A DNA stretch of 64,000 bases from an uncultured Rikenellaceae bacterium (GTDB lineage: Bacteria; Bacteroidota; Bacteroidia; Bacteroidales; VadinHA17): positions 14,033 to 78,032 of the forward strand of contig CAZTDW010000001.1 of NCBI GenBank assembly GCA_964611835.1. The letters are read 5' to 3'. The notes below the pieces were generated by a model. The model was not told the DNA's origin, did no database searches, and saw nothing but the letters and a program-made list of their open reading frames with translations. Below, in pieces: positions 27,632 through 37,830 of this stretch. Every line of letters starts with the position of its first letter. Position 1 is the first letter of the stretch. The position numbers and the translations under genes were made by a program.

Positions 27632-29158
27632 TCAGCCGCTGATAAAGAGGCTTTTGCTTGAATATTCAGGATCGCAGGTAAGGTTCACCTTGAGTTTTCT
27701 CCAGCCGGCTTCGTCGCCCGGGGTAGGGATGTGTGTCAGATGTACCTCACAGTCGCGGAGCCATTTGAGGTTTTCAACCGCCATTTTTGCCGCCGGATTT
27801 GACAATGCGCTTATTCCAAGGACTATAAGTGTCTCATCAACATCGAGGCTTACCATTTTGCCATTCAGGATATCTTTCTTGAGATGTGTTACGGAGTCGA
27901 TAATATTTTCAGGCAGAAGATACATTTTATCGGGTAACCCTGAAAGATGTTTCGTTGCATTCAGGATGAGGCTGGATGAGGCGTTCATCAGTGTCGAATT
28001 CTTACCTGTAATGATTGTCCCGTCAGGAAGCTCGATAGCTGCTCCGCTGAAGATCCCTGCATTGCCCTTGCCGCATTTCTGGGCATCCTTTGCCGCTTTT
28101 CTGGCAGGCACCACTACTTTCCTGTCTTCAACTTTGGCTCCGGTGGTTTGCATTATCGACGTGATCCTTTTCATGGTATCGCTGTCGACAAGCCCCAATG
28201 CATATTCAACCGTACACCTGAAGTATCTTCTTATTATTTCCTGGTAAGATGCTTCCCTTATTATGCTGTCGTCAATTATTCCTGCACTGGCCCGGTTCAC
28301 TCCCATATCTGTCGGGGAAAGGTACATCGACTCGCCGCCTGTTATCTTTTCAATGATCCTTTTAAGCAGATGAAATGCTTCAATATCACGGTTATAATTT
28401 ACTGTTTTTATATTATAGGCCTTAAGGTGATATTCGTCTATCAGAACCCTGTCCTGCAGGTCAACGGTTGCCGCTTCATATGCAAGATTAACCATGTGAT
28501 CGACCGGCAGATCCCATATGGGAAATGTCTCAAATTTGGCATATCCGGCCTTGAACCCGTTTTTATATTCGTGATAGAGGTTAGACAGGCATGTGGCCAG
28601 TTTCCCGCTGCCCGGGCCCGGACCTGTTACGATAACGATTGGATTGGTGGTATGAATGTATTCATTTGCCCCGTATCCCTGATCGCTTACTATAAGATCA
28701 ACATCAGTCGGGTATCCTTTAGTGGGGTAATGAAGGTAGACCTTAATGCCTCTCATCTCAAGCTTGTTCCTGAAGGCTTTGGCGGGAGGCTGACCCTGAT
28801 AGCGTGTGATCACCACGGCAGTGATGTCTATGTCCCACTCCCTGAAATCATCAATGGTTTTAAGGGCGTCAACATCATAGGTGATGCCAAAGTCGGCCCT
28901 TACCTTTTGTCTTTCAATGGCTCCTGCATGAATGCAGAGTATAACATCAATCTTGTCCTTCAGCATCTGAAGCAGACGCATCTTCACATTTGGATCAAAT
29001 CCCGGAAGTACACGGGAGGCATGGTAATCATACAGTATCTTCCCTCCGAATTCAAGATATAGTTTATGATTGAACCGGTTTACTCTTTCAAGGATCGCAG
29101 AGGTCTGCTCCTCAAGATACCTTTCGTTGTCAAATCCTGTGCGTTTTGAAAATCCCAT
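27632..29158 (-). CDS. DUF1846 (UPF0371) family protein
   Basis: The ORF-track entry is 27632..29221. The internal ATG at 29158 gives MGFSKRTGFDNERYLEEQTSAILERV...KLYLEFGGKILYDYHASRVLPGFDPN, the conserved UPF0371 N-terminus. Confidence 0.75.
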   Translation of the reverse strand: MGFSKRTGFDNERYLEEQTSAILERVNRFNHKLYLEFGGKILYDYHASRVLPGFDPNVKMRLLQMLKDKIDVILCIHAGAIERQKVRADFGITYDVDALKTIDDFREWDIDITAVVITRYQGQPPAKAFRNKLEMRGIKVYLHYPTKGYPTDVDLIVSDQGYGANEYIHTTNPIVIVTGPGPGSGKLATCLSNLYHEYKNGFKAGYAKFETFPIWDLPVDHMVNLAYEAATVDLQDRVLIDEYHLKAYNIKTVNYNRDIEAFHLLKRIIEKITGGESMYLSPTDMGVNRASAGIIDDSIIREASYQEIIRRYFRCTVEYALGLVDSDTMKRITSIMQTTGAKVEDRKVVVPARKAAKDAQKCGKGNAGIFSGAAIELPDGTIITGKNSTLMNASSSLILNATKHLSGLPDKMYLLPENIIDSVTHLKKDILNGKMVSLDVDETLIVLGISALSNPAAKMAVENLKWLRDCEVHLTHIPTPGDEAGWRKLKVNLTCDPEYSSKSLFISG

Positions 29159-29458
29159 TTCGTTGCCCCGGAGGTACTGTTTGAATAAATTAATGACCTT
29201 CAATATTAGGAAAATTTTCATTTCACGATATTTCTAGATGGATAATAAAAAAAAATTGCGATGTGTAAACAGATCTCCGCAGAGGTTCGTGCAGATCTTT
29301 TTCAGGTGATATTTACATTATGCATTTCATGCTTTTTTGGATAATAAAGTTTATGTAGTTTTGATAGGATTGTTGATACTCCCTGTTTGACGGCAGTTAT
29401 TACGGATCAGATTGCTGAGTGATTTGCCTGACCGCGCGGGAGAAATAATTTTATCATT

Positions 29459-30481
29459 ATGAGACAGGCCATTATGATTTCTCCCGGGGTGATTGAGTAC
29501 CGCGATGTACCCGATCCAGACACCTTGAAGGAAGATGAGGTTTTACTCAGAATCAGGAAAATAGGCATCTGTGGTTCTGACGTGCATGTATTTCACGGCA
29601 AGCATCCTGCCACTTCGTATCCCGTAGTTCAGGGTCATGAATTCTCTGCTACCGTGGAAGCTGCCGGAAAGAATGTCACAGGCGTTAAGCCGGGGATGAA
29701 AGCCACTGCCAGGCCGCAGCTTGTTTGCGGAGTATGCGGACCCTGCAGAAGGGGACAGTACAATGCATGTCAGAAACTAAGGGTTCAGGGATTTCAGGCA
29801 CCGGGAGTTGCACAGGATCTGTTTGTGGTACCTGAGGAAAGGCTTCTTGTTCTGCCCGACACCTTTACCTTTGAACAGGGAGCCCTTGTGGAACCGGCAG
29901 CTGTGGGAGCGCATTCCACAAACAGGTTACCGGACCTGAGAGGAAAAAATGTTGTGGTTTCAGGAGCCGGAACGGTGGGAAACCTTGTTGCCCAGTTTGC
30001 GATGGCAAGGGGTGCAGGGAAAGTAATGATATCAGATATCAGCGATTACCGTCTGGATATTGCCAGGCAATGCGGTATAGAAGGGACTGTAAACGTAAGC
30101 CGGATCCCTTTTGATGAAGCAGCAAAATCATTTTTCGGGGACGAAGGCTTTCAGGCCGGTTTTGAGGCTGCCGGAGTCAGGGAATCACTGGATGTTCTTA
30201 TGAAAAATGTTGAAAAGGGCGGAGATATTGTAATCCTGGGCGTATATTCAGAAAATCCGGTTGTCAACATGTATTATCTCGGAGAACATGAGTTGAATAT
30301 CTTCGGATCAATGATGTACAGGCATGAAGACTATGTGGCTGCAGCTGAAATGATTGCTTCGGGAAGGATAATGACAGCTCCTCTTGTTACATCAGAATTT
30401 CCTTTTGAGGAGTACCACGATGCTTACCGTTTCATTGAGAAACAGGGCGACAAGTGCATGAAAGTAATGATTGAACTATAA
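29459..30481 (+). CDS. Zinc-dependent medium-chain alcohol/polyol dehydrogenase
   Basis: The 340-aa ORF carries GICGSDVHVFHG, GHEFS, the structural-zinc Cys cluster CGVCGPCRRGQYNAC and GAGTVG. Confidence 0.85.
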   Translation: MRQAIMISPGVIEYRDVPDPDTLKEDEVLLRIRKIGICGSDVHVFHGKHPATSYPVVQGHEFSATVEAAGKNVTGVKPGMKATARPQLVCGVCGPCRRGQYNACQKLRVQGFQAPGVAQDLFVVPEERLLVLPDTFTFEQGALVEPAAVGAHSTNRLPDLRGKNVVVSGAGTVGNLVAQFAMARGAGKVMISDISDYRLDIARQCGIEGTVNVSRIPFDEAAKSFFGDEGFQAGFEAAGVRESLDVLMKNVEKGGDIVILGVYSENPVVNMYYLGEHELNIFGSMMYRHEDYVAAAEMIASGRIMTAPLVTSEFPFEEYHDAYRFIEKQGDKCMKVMIEL

Positions 30482-30581
30482 GTGACTTCCCGTTTCTGCA
30501 CCAAATGACCACCGGCAGATAAATTGGACCAGAAGAATATATACAATAGAATTTCATCAACAGATTAAACTGAAAATTACC

Positions 30582-31616
30582 ATGAAGGGAGAAAAAATCC
30601 TGTCAATTATAAGTGCAATCCTGATAATGTATGCCCTGGCTGCCTGCAAAACGGGGCCCGATGCAAATAAGCAGGAGAGGAGCAGTCAGTCTGACACGGC
30701 AGCCATAAAATCCAGCCGGGATCTTTCAGCCATCAGGGTAGGTTATTGCACTCCGTCGCATAATGCTCCTTTTTATGTAATACTGACCCAATATATAAAG
30801 GAATATTCTGAAGGATACGGAATGAAGTTTGTTTCGGCAGACGGTCAGGATGATATAATAAAACAAATCACTTCATTTGAGGATTTGATTGCTGCAGGTG
30901 TTGATGTACTGATACTTAATCCCCTTGACCATAAGGCTCTTGTACCTGCAGTGAATGCAGCCGTAAAATCAGGCGTACCTGTATTTATCGTAGACAGCGC
31001 CATTGACCCTGACGCAGATTATATTACATCCGTTCAGGCTAATAACGAAGGCAACGGAGAGCTGATTGGCGAATGGGTTGTAAGCAGGATGGGCAATACA
31101 GCGATCAGGGCAGCCATGATAAGCGGAAGCCAGGGCAACCCTGTCGGAAGGGAAAAAAGGCTGGGATTCATCCGGGGATTTACAGAAGCTCAGCTGATGA
31201 CCCAGGGTAAGGCAGATCTGACCATTGTTTCCCAGGGCTGGGGCAACTGGACCAATAACGGAGGGTTGAAAGCCATGGAGGATATTCTTGTGGCCAATCC
31301 TGATATCAGTCTGCTTGTTGCTGAGAATGACGCAATGGGCATGGGAGCTCTGAAAGCTATTGAAGAATCGGGGAAGGCAGGCAAGATCACAGTGGTGGGC
31401 TTCGACGGCCAGAAAGAAGCCTATGAGCTTATAAAGCAGGGTAAATTCGGGGCAACGGCGCTGAACAGTCCCAGGGAGCTGGCCAGACTGGTCGTTGAAG
31501 CAGTTGTAAGATACCTGAATGGAGATAAACAGCCCGACAAGATAATATACACACCGGCAGTCATAATTACACGGGAAAATGTTGACAGTTACTATGATCC
31601 CAAAGCTCTGTTTTAA
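30582..31616 (+). CDS. Sugar ABC transporter substrate-binding lipoprotein (ribose/CUT2 type)
   Basis: The 344-aa ORF has the signal/lipobox ALAAC and a periplasmic-binding-protein type I layout (VLILNPLD..., VVGFDGQ). Confidence 0.75.
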   Translation: MKGEKILSIISAILIMYALAACKTGPDANKQERSSQSDTAAIKSSRDLSAIRVGYCTPSHNAPFYVILTQYIKEYSEGYGMKFVSADGQDDIIKQITSFEDLIAAGVDVLILNPLDHKALVPAVNAAVKSGVPVFIVDSAIDPDADYITSVQANNEGNGELIGEWVVSRMGNTAIRAAMISGSQGNPVGREKRLGFIRGFTEAQLMTQGKADLTIVSQGWGNWTNNGGLKAMEDILVANPDISLLVAENDAMGMGALKAIEESGKAGKITVVGFDGQKEAYELIKQGKFGATALNSPRELARLVVEAVVRYLNGDKQPDKIIYTPAVIITRENVDSYYDPKALF

Positions 31617-31691
31617 AACGCGCATCAGTGATTTTTCCGGCTAGCCGGTGATGATATTCATGCATTTGTTCGGATTCTTAATAATGGGTGA

Positions 31692-33206
31692 GTGAACCGG
31701 GTAGAACTGATAGATATTTCAAAATCTTTTGGGGGCATTTCTGCGCTGAAGAATGTCACTCTAAAAGTGTTGCCGGGCGAGATCCATGCGCTGGTAGGAG
31801 AGAACGGAGCAGGCAAATCAACCCTTATGAAAATATTGTCGGGTGCCTATTCCAGGGACTCCGGCAGGATCTTCATTGATGGCCGGGAAGTGCAGATAAG
31901 GAATACTCATGACAGCAAAAAACTGGGAATAGGGATCATCTATCAGGAATTTTCACTTGTACCCGCATTATCGGTGGCAGAGAATATTTTTCTGAACAGG
32001 TTACGCTCAACGGGTTTCTGGATGAGGTGGGGGGAGCTGAAAAGAAAGGCCGGTGAAGTAATGGAAAGCATAGGATTCAGCATTGACCCTTCTCTAAAAG
32101 CAGCTGATCTGAGTGTTGCCGGGCAGCAGATAGTTGAAATTGCAAAAGCCCTTTCTGAAAATGTAAGGGTGCTGATACTTGATGAACCTTCGGCGGTGCT
32201 GGGCACCGAAGAGATCGGGAAGCTTTTCATCACACTTCAAAAGCTTAAGAAAGAAGGTGTTGCAATAATCTATATTTCGCATCATCTGAGTGAGATCTTC
32301 AGAATCGCTGACAGGATAACGGTGCTGAAGGATGGCGTCTCCGGTCCTGGTCTGAATGTGTCGGAAACCAGCAGGGATGAGATAATAAGGATGATGCTCG
32401 GGCGATCGCTGGAGACAATGTATCCTGTTCGTGATCCGGTGATCGGGGAGGAGGTTTTCAGGGCTGAGGGAATTACAAACGGGAAAAAGGTGAATGATGT
32501 CAGAATCTCAGTAAAAAGAGGAGAGATACTGGGGTTAGCCGGACTTGTTGGCAGCGGCCGCAGTGAAACGGCCAGGGCGCTCTTTGCCGCTGATAAAAGG
32601 GACAGAGGCACTCTTTTTATGTCGGGCAGCGAAGTAAGTATCCCTTCTCCCCGCAAAGCGGTACGGCAGGGAATAGGTTTTGTCCCTGAAGACAGGAAGC
32701 GGCACGGTTTGATAATGCCACTTACGGTGAAGGAAAATATCAGTCTCACCGGTTTCCGCAGGATTGCCGGCCCTCTTGGTTTTATAAGACGGGAAAAAGA
32801 AAAAAGCTATGTCGCAGAAATGATTGGTATTTTAAAGATCAGGGCGGAAAGCAGGGACCAGATTGCAGGAACCCTTAGCGGAGGGAATCAGCAGAAAGTT
32901 GTTCTTGCGAAATGGCTCAACGGCGATTGCAGGATCCTGATCGTTGATGAACCTACCAGGGGAGTCGACATAGGTGCCAGGGTTGAAATCTATAACCTGC
33001 TTTGCGGGCTATCGGAAAAAGGGATGGCAATAATTCTGATCTCATCTGAAACCCCTGAATTAACAAGTCTCTGCGACAGGATAATAGTGATGCGCAAGGG
33101 ACAGATACAGGGCGAACTGATGAAGAAGGATTTTTCCGAGGAGGAAATATTGAGGCTTTCGATAGGCGCAACCCAAAATGAGGTTTCAATGCATACTGCC
33201 GGATGA
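31692..33206 (+). CDS. Sugar ABC transporter ATP-binding protein, duplicated ATPase (RbsA/MglA-like)
   Basis: The 504-aa ORF has a GTG start. It carries Walker A GENGAGKST, the signatures LSVAGQQ and LSGGNQQK, and two Walker B sites (LILDEPS, LIVDEPT). Confidence 0.85.
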   Translation: MNRVELIDISKSFGGISALKNVTLKVLPGEIHALVGENGAGKSTLMKILSGAYSRDSGRIFIDGREVQIRNTHDSKKLGIGIIYQEFSLVPALSVAENIFLNRLRSTGFWMRWGELKRKAGEVMESIGFSIDPSLKAADLSVAGQQIVEIAKALSENVRVLILDEPSAVLGTEEIGKLFITLQKLKKEGVAIIYISHHLSEIFRIADRITVLKDGVSGPGLNVSETSRDEIIRMMLGRSLETMYPVRDPVIGEEVFRAEGITNGKKVNDVRISVKRGEILGLAGLVGSGRSETARALFAADKRDRGTLFMSGSEVSIPSPRKAVRQGIGFVPEDRKRHGLIMPLTVKENISLTGFRRIAGPLGFIRREKEKSYVAEMIGILKIRAESRDQIAGTLSGGNQQKVVLAKWLNGDCRILIVDEPTRGVDIGARVEIYNLLCGLSEKGMAIILISSETPELTSLCDRIIVMRKGQIQGELMKKDFSEEEILRLSIGATQNEVSMHTAG

Positions 33207-33264
33207 ATTAATCATAATGACCAGATAGTTTAATAGGGGAATTATTTTTTACACCAAAACAGGA

Positions 33265-34221
33265 ATGAACAAGAAGACAGATTTGAAATCGCTGTTGAAA
33301 TATGTAATCAGGCATAATACGGTATTGATTTTCCTGATTATGCTTATAGTCTCGGCAATTGTTTCTGATGTTTTTTTCACAGCCTCCAATCTTTTCAATC
33401 TTATAAGGCAGGTCACACCGGTAGGGATAATCAGCATGGGGATGCTTCTGGTCATTCTGACCGGGGGTATTGATCTTTCAGTGGGTTCGGTTGTAGCGAT
33501 GTGCGGGGTACTGTGCGCGCTGTTCACGAAAAACATGCCATTGCCTCTTGCGATAACTGCCTCGGTCTTATGCGGCCTGCTGGTAGGCAGCCTTTCCGGT
33601 TATCTGGTATCATTTCATAAAATGGCTCCTTTTATTGCAACTCTTGCCCTTATGTCGATTGTAAGAGGGCTGGGATTTATTTTTTCAAAGGGTGCACCGG
33701 TCCTGGTAAGTGAAAAAGCATCTGCCCTCACTGATTTCGGAAGCGGCAGCTTTCTCGGACTTCCCAATCCGGCCTATATTCTTTTGCTGACTTTTGCAGT
33801 AACGGCAGTCTTCCTTAAATACAATGTTTTCGGAAGGATTGTAATCGCTATAGGAAGCAATGAGGAAGCCGTCAGATTGTCGGGAATAAAAACAGCTGCA
33901 TACAAATTCAGTGTATATGCCATTGCAGGCAGTTTATCTGCAGTGGCTGGTATCATCACAACAGCAAGGACAGCTGTCGGATCTCCGGTAATGGGTATGG
34001 GAATGGAATTGGATGTTATCGCCACTGTTGTTATCGGCGGTGCGAGCCTTAGCGGGGGCAAAGGCTCGGCAATAAATACCCTTCTGGGAGTTCTGATCCT
34101 CGGAATGATCGGCAACATAATGAACCTTATGAATATCCCTGCATATTCACAGCAGGTCATAAAAGGACTGATCATCATCCTTGCAGTATTGCTCCAGCGG
34201 TTTCAGATAAGAGCTGAATGA
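33265..34221 (+). CDS. Sugar ABC transporter permease (RbsC-like)
   Basis: The 318-aa polytopic ORF carries ILTGGIDLSVGS and GGASLSGGKGS motifs typical of CUT2 permeases. Confidence 0.8.
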   Translation: MNKKTDLKSLLKYVIRHNTVLIFLIMLIVSAIVSDVFFTASNLFNLIRQVTPVGIISMGMLLVILTGGIDLSVGSVVAMCGVLCALFTKNMPLPLAITASVLCGLLVGSLSGYLVSFHKMAPFIATLALMSIVRGLGFIFSKGAPVLVSEKASALTDFGSGSFLGLPNPAYILLLTFAVTAVFLKYNVFGRIVIAIGSNEEAVRLSGIKTAAYKFSVYAIAGSLSAVAGIITTARTAVGSPVMGMGMELDVIATVVIGGASLSGGKGSAINTLLGVLILGMIGNIMNLMNIPAYSQQVIKGLIIILAVLLQRFQIRAE

Positions 34222-34231
34222 TTTACAACAT

Positions 34232-35719
34232 ATGCAACAATATTTAAAACTTAATCAGGAAAACCTTTTCCGGCTTCCGGCAGGAATAATGACCCCGGGA
34301 TATGACAGGCGGCAGGTGAAAGCCGGAATTATCCACATAGGAGTAGGAGCTTTTCACAGGTCACATCAGGCATATTATACCGACCTGATACTACGGGATA
34401 AAAAAAACTCAAACTGGGGCATCTGCGGGATCGCATTGCTGGAATCGGATATGCGTAACTACACTGCCCTGGCAGCCCAGGACGGACTTTATACACTAAC
34501 CGTTGCCAAACCTGACGGATCATCTGAAACAATGGTGCCAGGCTCTCTGATTGAATATATGTTTGCCCCGGAAAACCCTGATGCAGTGATTGAAAAGATC
34601 GGTAATCCGGATATAAAGATCATTACGCTTACAATCACCGAAGGAGGATATAATTTTAATACAGCCGGTGAGTTTCTGCTGAACGAACCGTCGGTCCAAT
34701 GGGATATCAACCATCCCGCTCAGCCGAAAACAGTATTCGGATACCTGGCTATGGGATTAAAGCGACGGATGGAGAGATCGCTGAAAGGATTAACGATCCA
34801 GTCGTGTGACAATATCCAGAAAAACGGGGATCTGCTGAAGAGAATGCTTTTGTCATTCATTAAAGTGTCGGACCCAGGCCTGGTCGCCTGGGTTGAAAAG
34901 GAAGTCACTTTTCCCAACAGCATGGTTGACAGGATAACTCCCGCGGCAACTGAAACTGATACTGAATACATCAGGAATTCTTTCGGGATTGAAGACAGAT
35001 GCCCTGTCGTTTGTGAACCATTCGTCCAGTGGGTTATCGAGGATAATTACGCACAGGGCAGGCCCGACTGGGAATCTGCGGGAGTTCAGTTTGCTGATGA
35101 TGTGGCTCCCTTTGAAAAAATGAAGATCCGCCTTCTGAATGCCGGACATTCACTTCTTGGATTTTTGGGCGCTCTGCATGGTTATACATATATTCATGAA
35201 GTAGTGAATGATCCGGTTTTTGCGCGGCTGCTGCGTGATTTTATGGATAATGAGGTAACACCGGTTCTGGATGAAGTGCCGGGAACAGATCTGAGCAGAT
35301 ATAAGGACAGTCTGTTGGAAAGGTTTGGAAATCCAAGGATAAGGGATAGGGTTGCAAGAATATGCCAGCAAAGCTCGGCAAAGATCCCAAAATTCCTGCT
35401 GCCAACTATTCATGATCAGCTTCGGAGGGGGGCGCCGGTGGAGCGTTCAGCGCTGGTGATCGCTGCGTGGTGCAGGTATGCTGAGGGCTTCGGTGAAAAT
35501 GGCAGCAAATATCAGATAGAGGATGAGATGAGCGATATCCTTCAGGAGAAAGCCATAGCTTCACATTTAAATCCTCTTGCTTTCCTTGAAATCGAAAAGG
35601 TTTTTGGGGATATCATCAGATCAGAAAGATTTACCAAAGCCTATTTGAGATCCCTGAATTGCCTGTATCATAAAGGAGCAGCAGCATGTGCCAGTGAATC
35701 AGTCGGCATTTCTTCTTGA
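34232..35719 (+). CDS. Mannitol dehydrogenase family oxidoreductase (mannitol/fructuronate/altronate type)
   Basis: The 495-aa ORF has IIHIGVGAFHRSHQAYY at the N-terminus and DRITP and LLNAGHS motifs. Confidence 0.8.
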   Translation: MQQYLKLNQENLFRLPAGIMTPGYDRRQVKAGIIHIGVGAFHRSHQAYYTDLILRDKKNSNWGICGIALLESDMRNYTALAAQDGLYTLTVAKPDGSSETMVPGSLIEYMFAPENPDAVIEKIGNPDIKIITLTITEGGYNFNTAGEFLLNEPSVQWDINHPAQPKTVFGYLAMGLKRRMERSLKGLTIQSCDNIQKNGDLLKRMLLSFIKVSDPGLVAWVEKEVTFPNSMVDRITPAATETDTEYIRNSFGIEDRCPVVCEPFVQWVIEDNYAQGRPDWESAGVQFADDVAPFEKMKIRLLNAGHSLLGFLGALHGYTYIHEVVNDPVFARLLRDFMDNEVTPVLDEVPGTDLSRYKDSLLERFGNPRIRDRVARICQQSSAKIPKFLLPTIHDQLRRGAPVERSALVIAAWCRYAEGFGENGSKYQIEDEMSDILQEKAIASHLNPLAFLEIEKVFGDIIRSERFTKAYLRSLNCLYHKGAAACASESVGISS

Positions 35720-36351
35720 TCTGAAGGATTGAGTTCATATGTGAATCCTTTTTCCGACGCATTGACCAGGATAATCTTCAATATTATCAGGTTTGCAAGT
35801 ATTGATTCAGCCCTGTATGGAGAGATGCGTGCTATTTTCCTGAATTTTGAAAGGGTTATCGGCCCTTTTTCCTTCAGATATTCCAGCAGCAGGTTTTCGG
35901 CTTTTCCAAACTTTACAAGAATTCCGGGGCTTTTTTCCTCTTTTCTCCAAACCTGAAGCAAAACCCTGTTGGCTTCCAGATTCTGATCATTATGCCTGAA
36001 GTAGGTTATCCATCTGCCGTTTTCATCCTTAACCTGATAAGGCCTGTGTTTTCCCCTGCTTACATCAACCTCGAGAATGGTCTTGTTTCCCGATGAATGC
36101 TGCCTTATGGTATAGGTTATTTCAGGCCTGCAATACAGATGGGCTGCGGTGTCGACCATATAGATCTCCTCATCGGTTTTTATTCCTGCTATGCTTCCGT
36201 TATCCCTCACTCCTATAAGTATCCTGCCACCGTCGCTGTTTGAAAAGGCGGAAAGGGTCCTGGCTATTTTCCTGCTGTCGGAGACACAGTACTTGAAATC
36301 AAGTTGCTGATTTTCTCCCCCCGATATCAGATCCCTTATATACCTTTCCAT
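35668..36351 (-). CDS. AlbA_2 (divergent AAA-4/Schlafen-like) putative DNA-binding domain protein
   Basis: The 227-aa ORF carries ENQQLDFKYCV...AFSNSDGGRILIGVRDNGSIAGI. Its 3' end overlaps the convergent mannitol dehydrogenase gene by 52 nt. Confidence 0.6.
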   Translation of the reverse strand: MERYIRDLISGGENQQLDFKYCVSDSRKIARTLSAFSNSDGGRILIGVRDNGSIAGIKTDEEIYMVDTAAHLYCRPEITYTIRQHSSGNKTILEVDVSRGKHRPYQVKDENGRWITYFRHNDQNLEANRVLLQVWRKEEKSPGILVKFGKAENLLLEYLKEKGPITLSKFRKIARISPYRAESILANLIILKIILVNASEKGFTYELNPSDQEEMPTDSLAHAAAPL

Positions 36352-36473
36352 TTTTTCAGCTATTGTATGGATTTCAGCCTGAATACAATCCTAAAAATAC
36401 AAAATCGTCAGACGCAAATAAAATATTCTTTTGCAGTCTGCGTCCGGGGTGGAAGATTCAAATTAGACGGGTA

Positions 36474-36731
36474 TTATTTTTTAAGCGACTCAACAGCGTT
36501 ATGCCAGTCATCTGCAGGTGAGCCTGATTCACCCCGGCTGATCCGGGCCTGATATAATTCGTATGCTTTCCTGCTTATTTCATCTTCACCGGGCATTTGA
36601 CCGGCACCTTTTCTTCCAGGCTTTCTTCCAACTGTTGTTTTCCGGCCCGGACCTTTTGTGCTTTCAACTGATTTCGCTTTGCCTGCTGTTTTCTTTGATC
36701 TGGCGGCCGGTTTTACTTCTGATTTTTTCAT
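36474..36731 (-). CDS. DUF2934 domain protein (small, basic)
   Basis: The ORF-track entry 36474..36734 begins at a TTG, and the adjacent ATG is at 36731. The C-terminal EDEISRKAYELYQARISRGESGSPADDWHNA matches the DUF2934 pattern. Confidence 0.6.
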   Translation of the reverse strand: MKKSEVKPAARSKKTAGKAKSVESTKGPGRKTTVGRKPGRKGAGQMPGEDEISRKAYELYQARISRGESGSPADDWHNAVESLKK

Positions 36732-36750
36732 CAATTTCAGTTTAAATTTT

Positions 36751-36758
36751 CAAAAATA
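36751..36758 (-). promoter_or_regulatory. -7 promoter element (TATTTTTG) for the DUF2934 gene
   Basis: Exact TAnnTTTG match on the minus strand, 19 nt upstream of the ATG at 36731. Confidence 0.4.
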
Positions 36759-36962
36759 AAAAGCGGTCAAATTTACTAAATTATTTATCCTTCATGCCGG
36801 AAGGTAAATATGACCGGCTAAAATGTTTCAACATTGTCTTAACAAAATTCAGTGACGTTTGTTTAATCCGCCTTCGCATAAAACTTTGGTTGGGGCGCTG
36901 GTCCGGGGTACATATCATTTAACTTCCGACAGTAAACATTTATTTACGAATAATTATCGATT

Positions 36963-36982
36963 CAGGTAAAATATTTTACCTG
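36963..36982. promoter_or_regulatory. Perfect 20-bp palindrome CAGGTAAAATATTTTACCTG (candidate operator)
   Basis: I verified that the sequence is self-complementary. The 12-mer GGTAAAATATTT recurs directly at 36986-36997. It lies in a 393-nt intergenic region about 145 nt upstream of the 37128 gene. Confidence 0.4.
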
Positions 36983-37127
36983 GATGGTAAAATATTTATT
37001 GTAAAACAACATGAAATATTGCAATTAGAAGATTTTGAAAACTTAGAAAGCAGATAAATTTAAAATTCCTTTTATACTTACCAGAAGCAACTAAAAGATG
37101 TAAATTGAAGAAAAATTAAATATCGAT

Positions 37128-37775
37128 ATGAAAGCAATTCTCATAGGAGCAACCGGTCTTGTTGGTAACCTGATACTGAAGGAGATCCTTGATGACAATC
37201 ATTTTAGTGAAGTAAGGGTTTTTGTCAGGAAACCAACAGGAATTAGCAATCCCAAAATGGTTGAAATTGTAAATCCAATGACAGATATTGATGGTTTGTC
37301 CCAAAATATCAGAGGCGATGTTCTTTTCAATGCTATGGGGACGACATTAAGAAAAGCGGGCAGCAAAACGGAGCAGCAGAGAATTGACAGGGATCTGCCT
37401 GTGGCTTTTGCAAGGATCGCTTCAGGGAACGGGGCTAGGCTCATGCTTAATGTATCGAGTGCAGGGGCAAGCATGAAAGGCAATTTTTATCTCAGGACAA
37501 AGGCTGAGATGGAAAAGGGAACGGAAGAATATTTCCATGAGAATGTTTTCCATTTCAGGCCCAGCCTTCTTGATGGCAAACGCAAAGAGTTCAGGCTTGC
37601 GGAAAAAATTGCGGCTTTCATTATGAAGGCAATAGATCCATTGCTTACGGGCTCTTCCAAAAGATTCAGGAGCATGCCGGTGGAAAAACTTGCCAGGGCA
37701 ATGGTAAACCTAAGTAAAAATCCTGCTGGCAGGGAACATATTCTGCATTATTCGGAAATAATGGGTTGTTTATAA
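37128..37775 (+). CDS. NAD(P)H-binding (atypical SDR / HTATIP2-like) oxidoreductase
   Basis: The 215-aa ORF has an N-terminal Rossmann motif, MKAILIGATGLVGNLIL. Confidence 0.7.
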   Translation: MKAILIGATGLVGNLILKEILDDNHFSEVRVFVRKPTGISNPKMVEIVNPMTDIDGLSQNIRGDVLFNAMGTTLRKAGSKTEQQRIDRDLPVAFARIASGNGARLMLNVSSAGASMKGNFYLRTKAEMEKGTEEYFHENVFHFRPSLLDGKRKEFRLAEKIAAFIMKAIDPLLTGSSKRFRSMPVEKLARAMVNLSKNPAGREHILHYSEIMGCL

Positions 37776-37830
37776 AGATTCGTGTCTGGATGCGAATTTG
37801 TTAAATATTTGTCATTTCCCTGTTTTTCCG

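Noticed and set aside
29269-29298. ACAGATCT-N14-GCAGATCT (two BglII-type AGATCT palindromes) in the DUF1846/ADH divergent region
   Set aside because: Pairing extends no further than the self-complementary hexamers, so it is too weak to call an operator or hairpin.
35668-35719. A 52-nt overlap of the convergent mannitol dehydrogenase and AlbA_2 genes, considered as a possible regulatory antisense arrangement
   Set aside because: Both C-terminal tails in the overlap look non-conserved (Ala/Ser-rich), so this is most simply late stop codons. There is no evidence for function.
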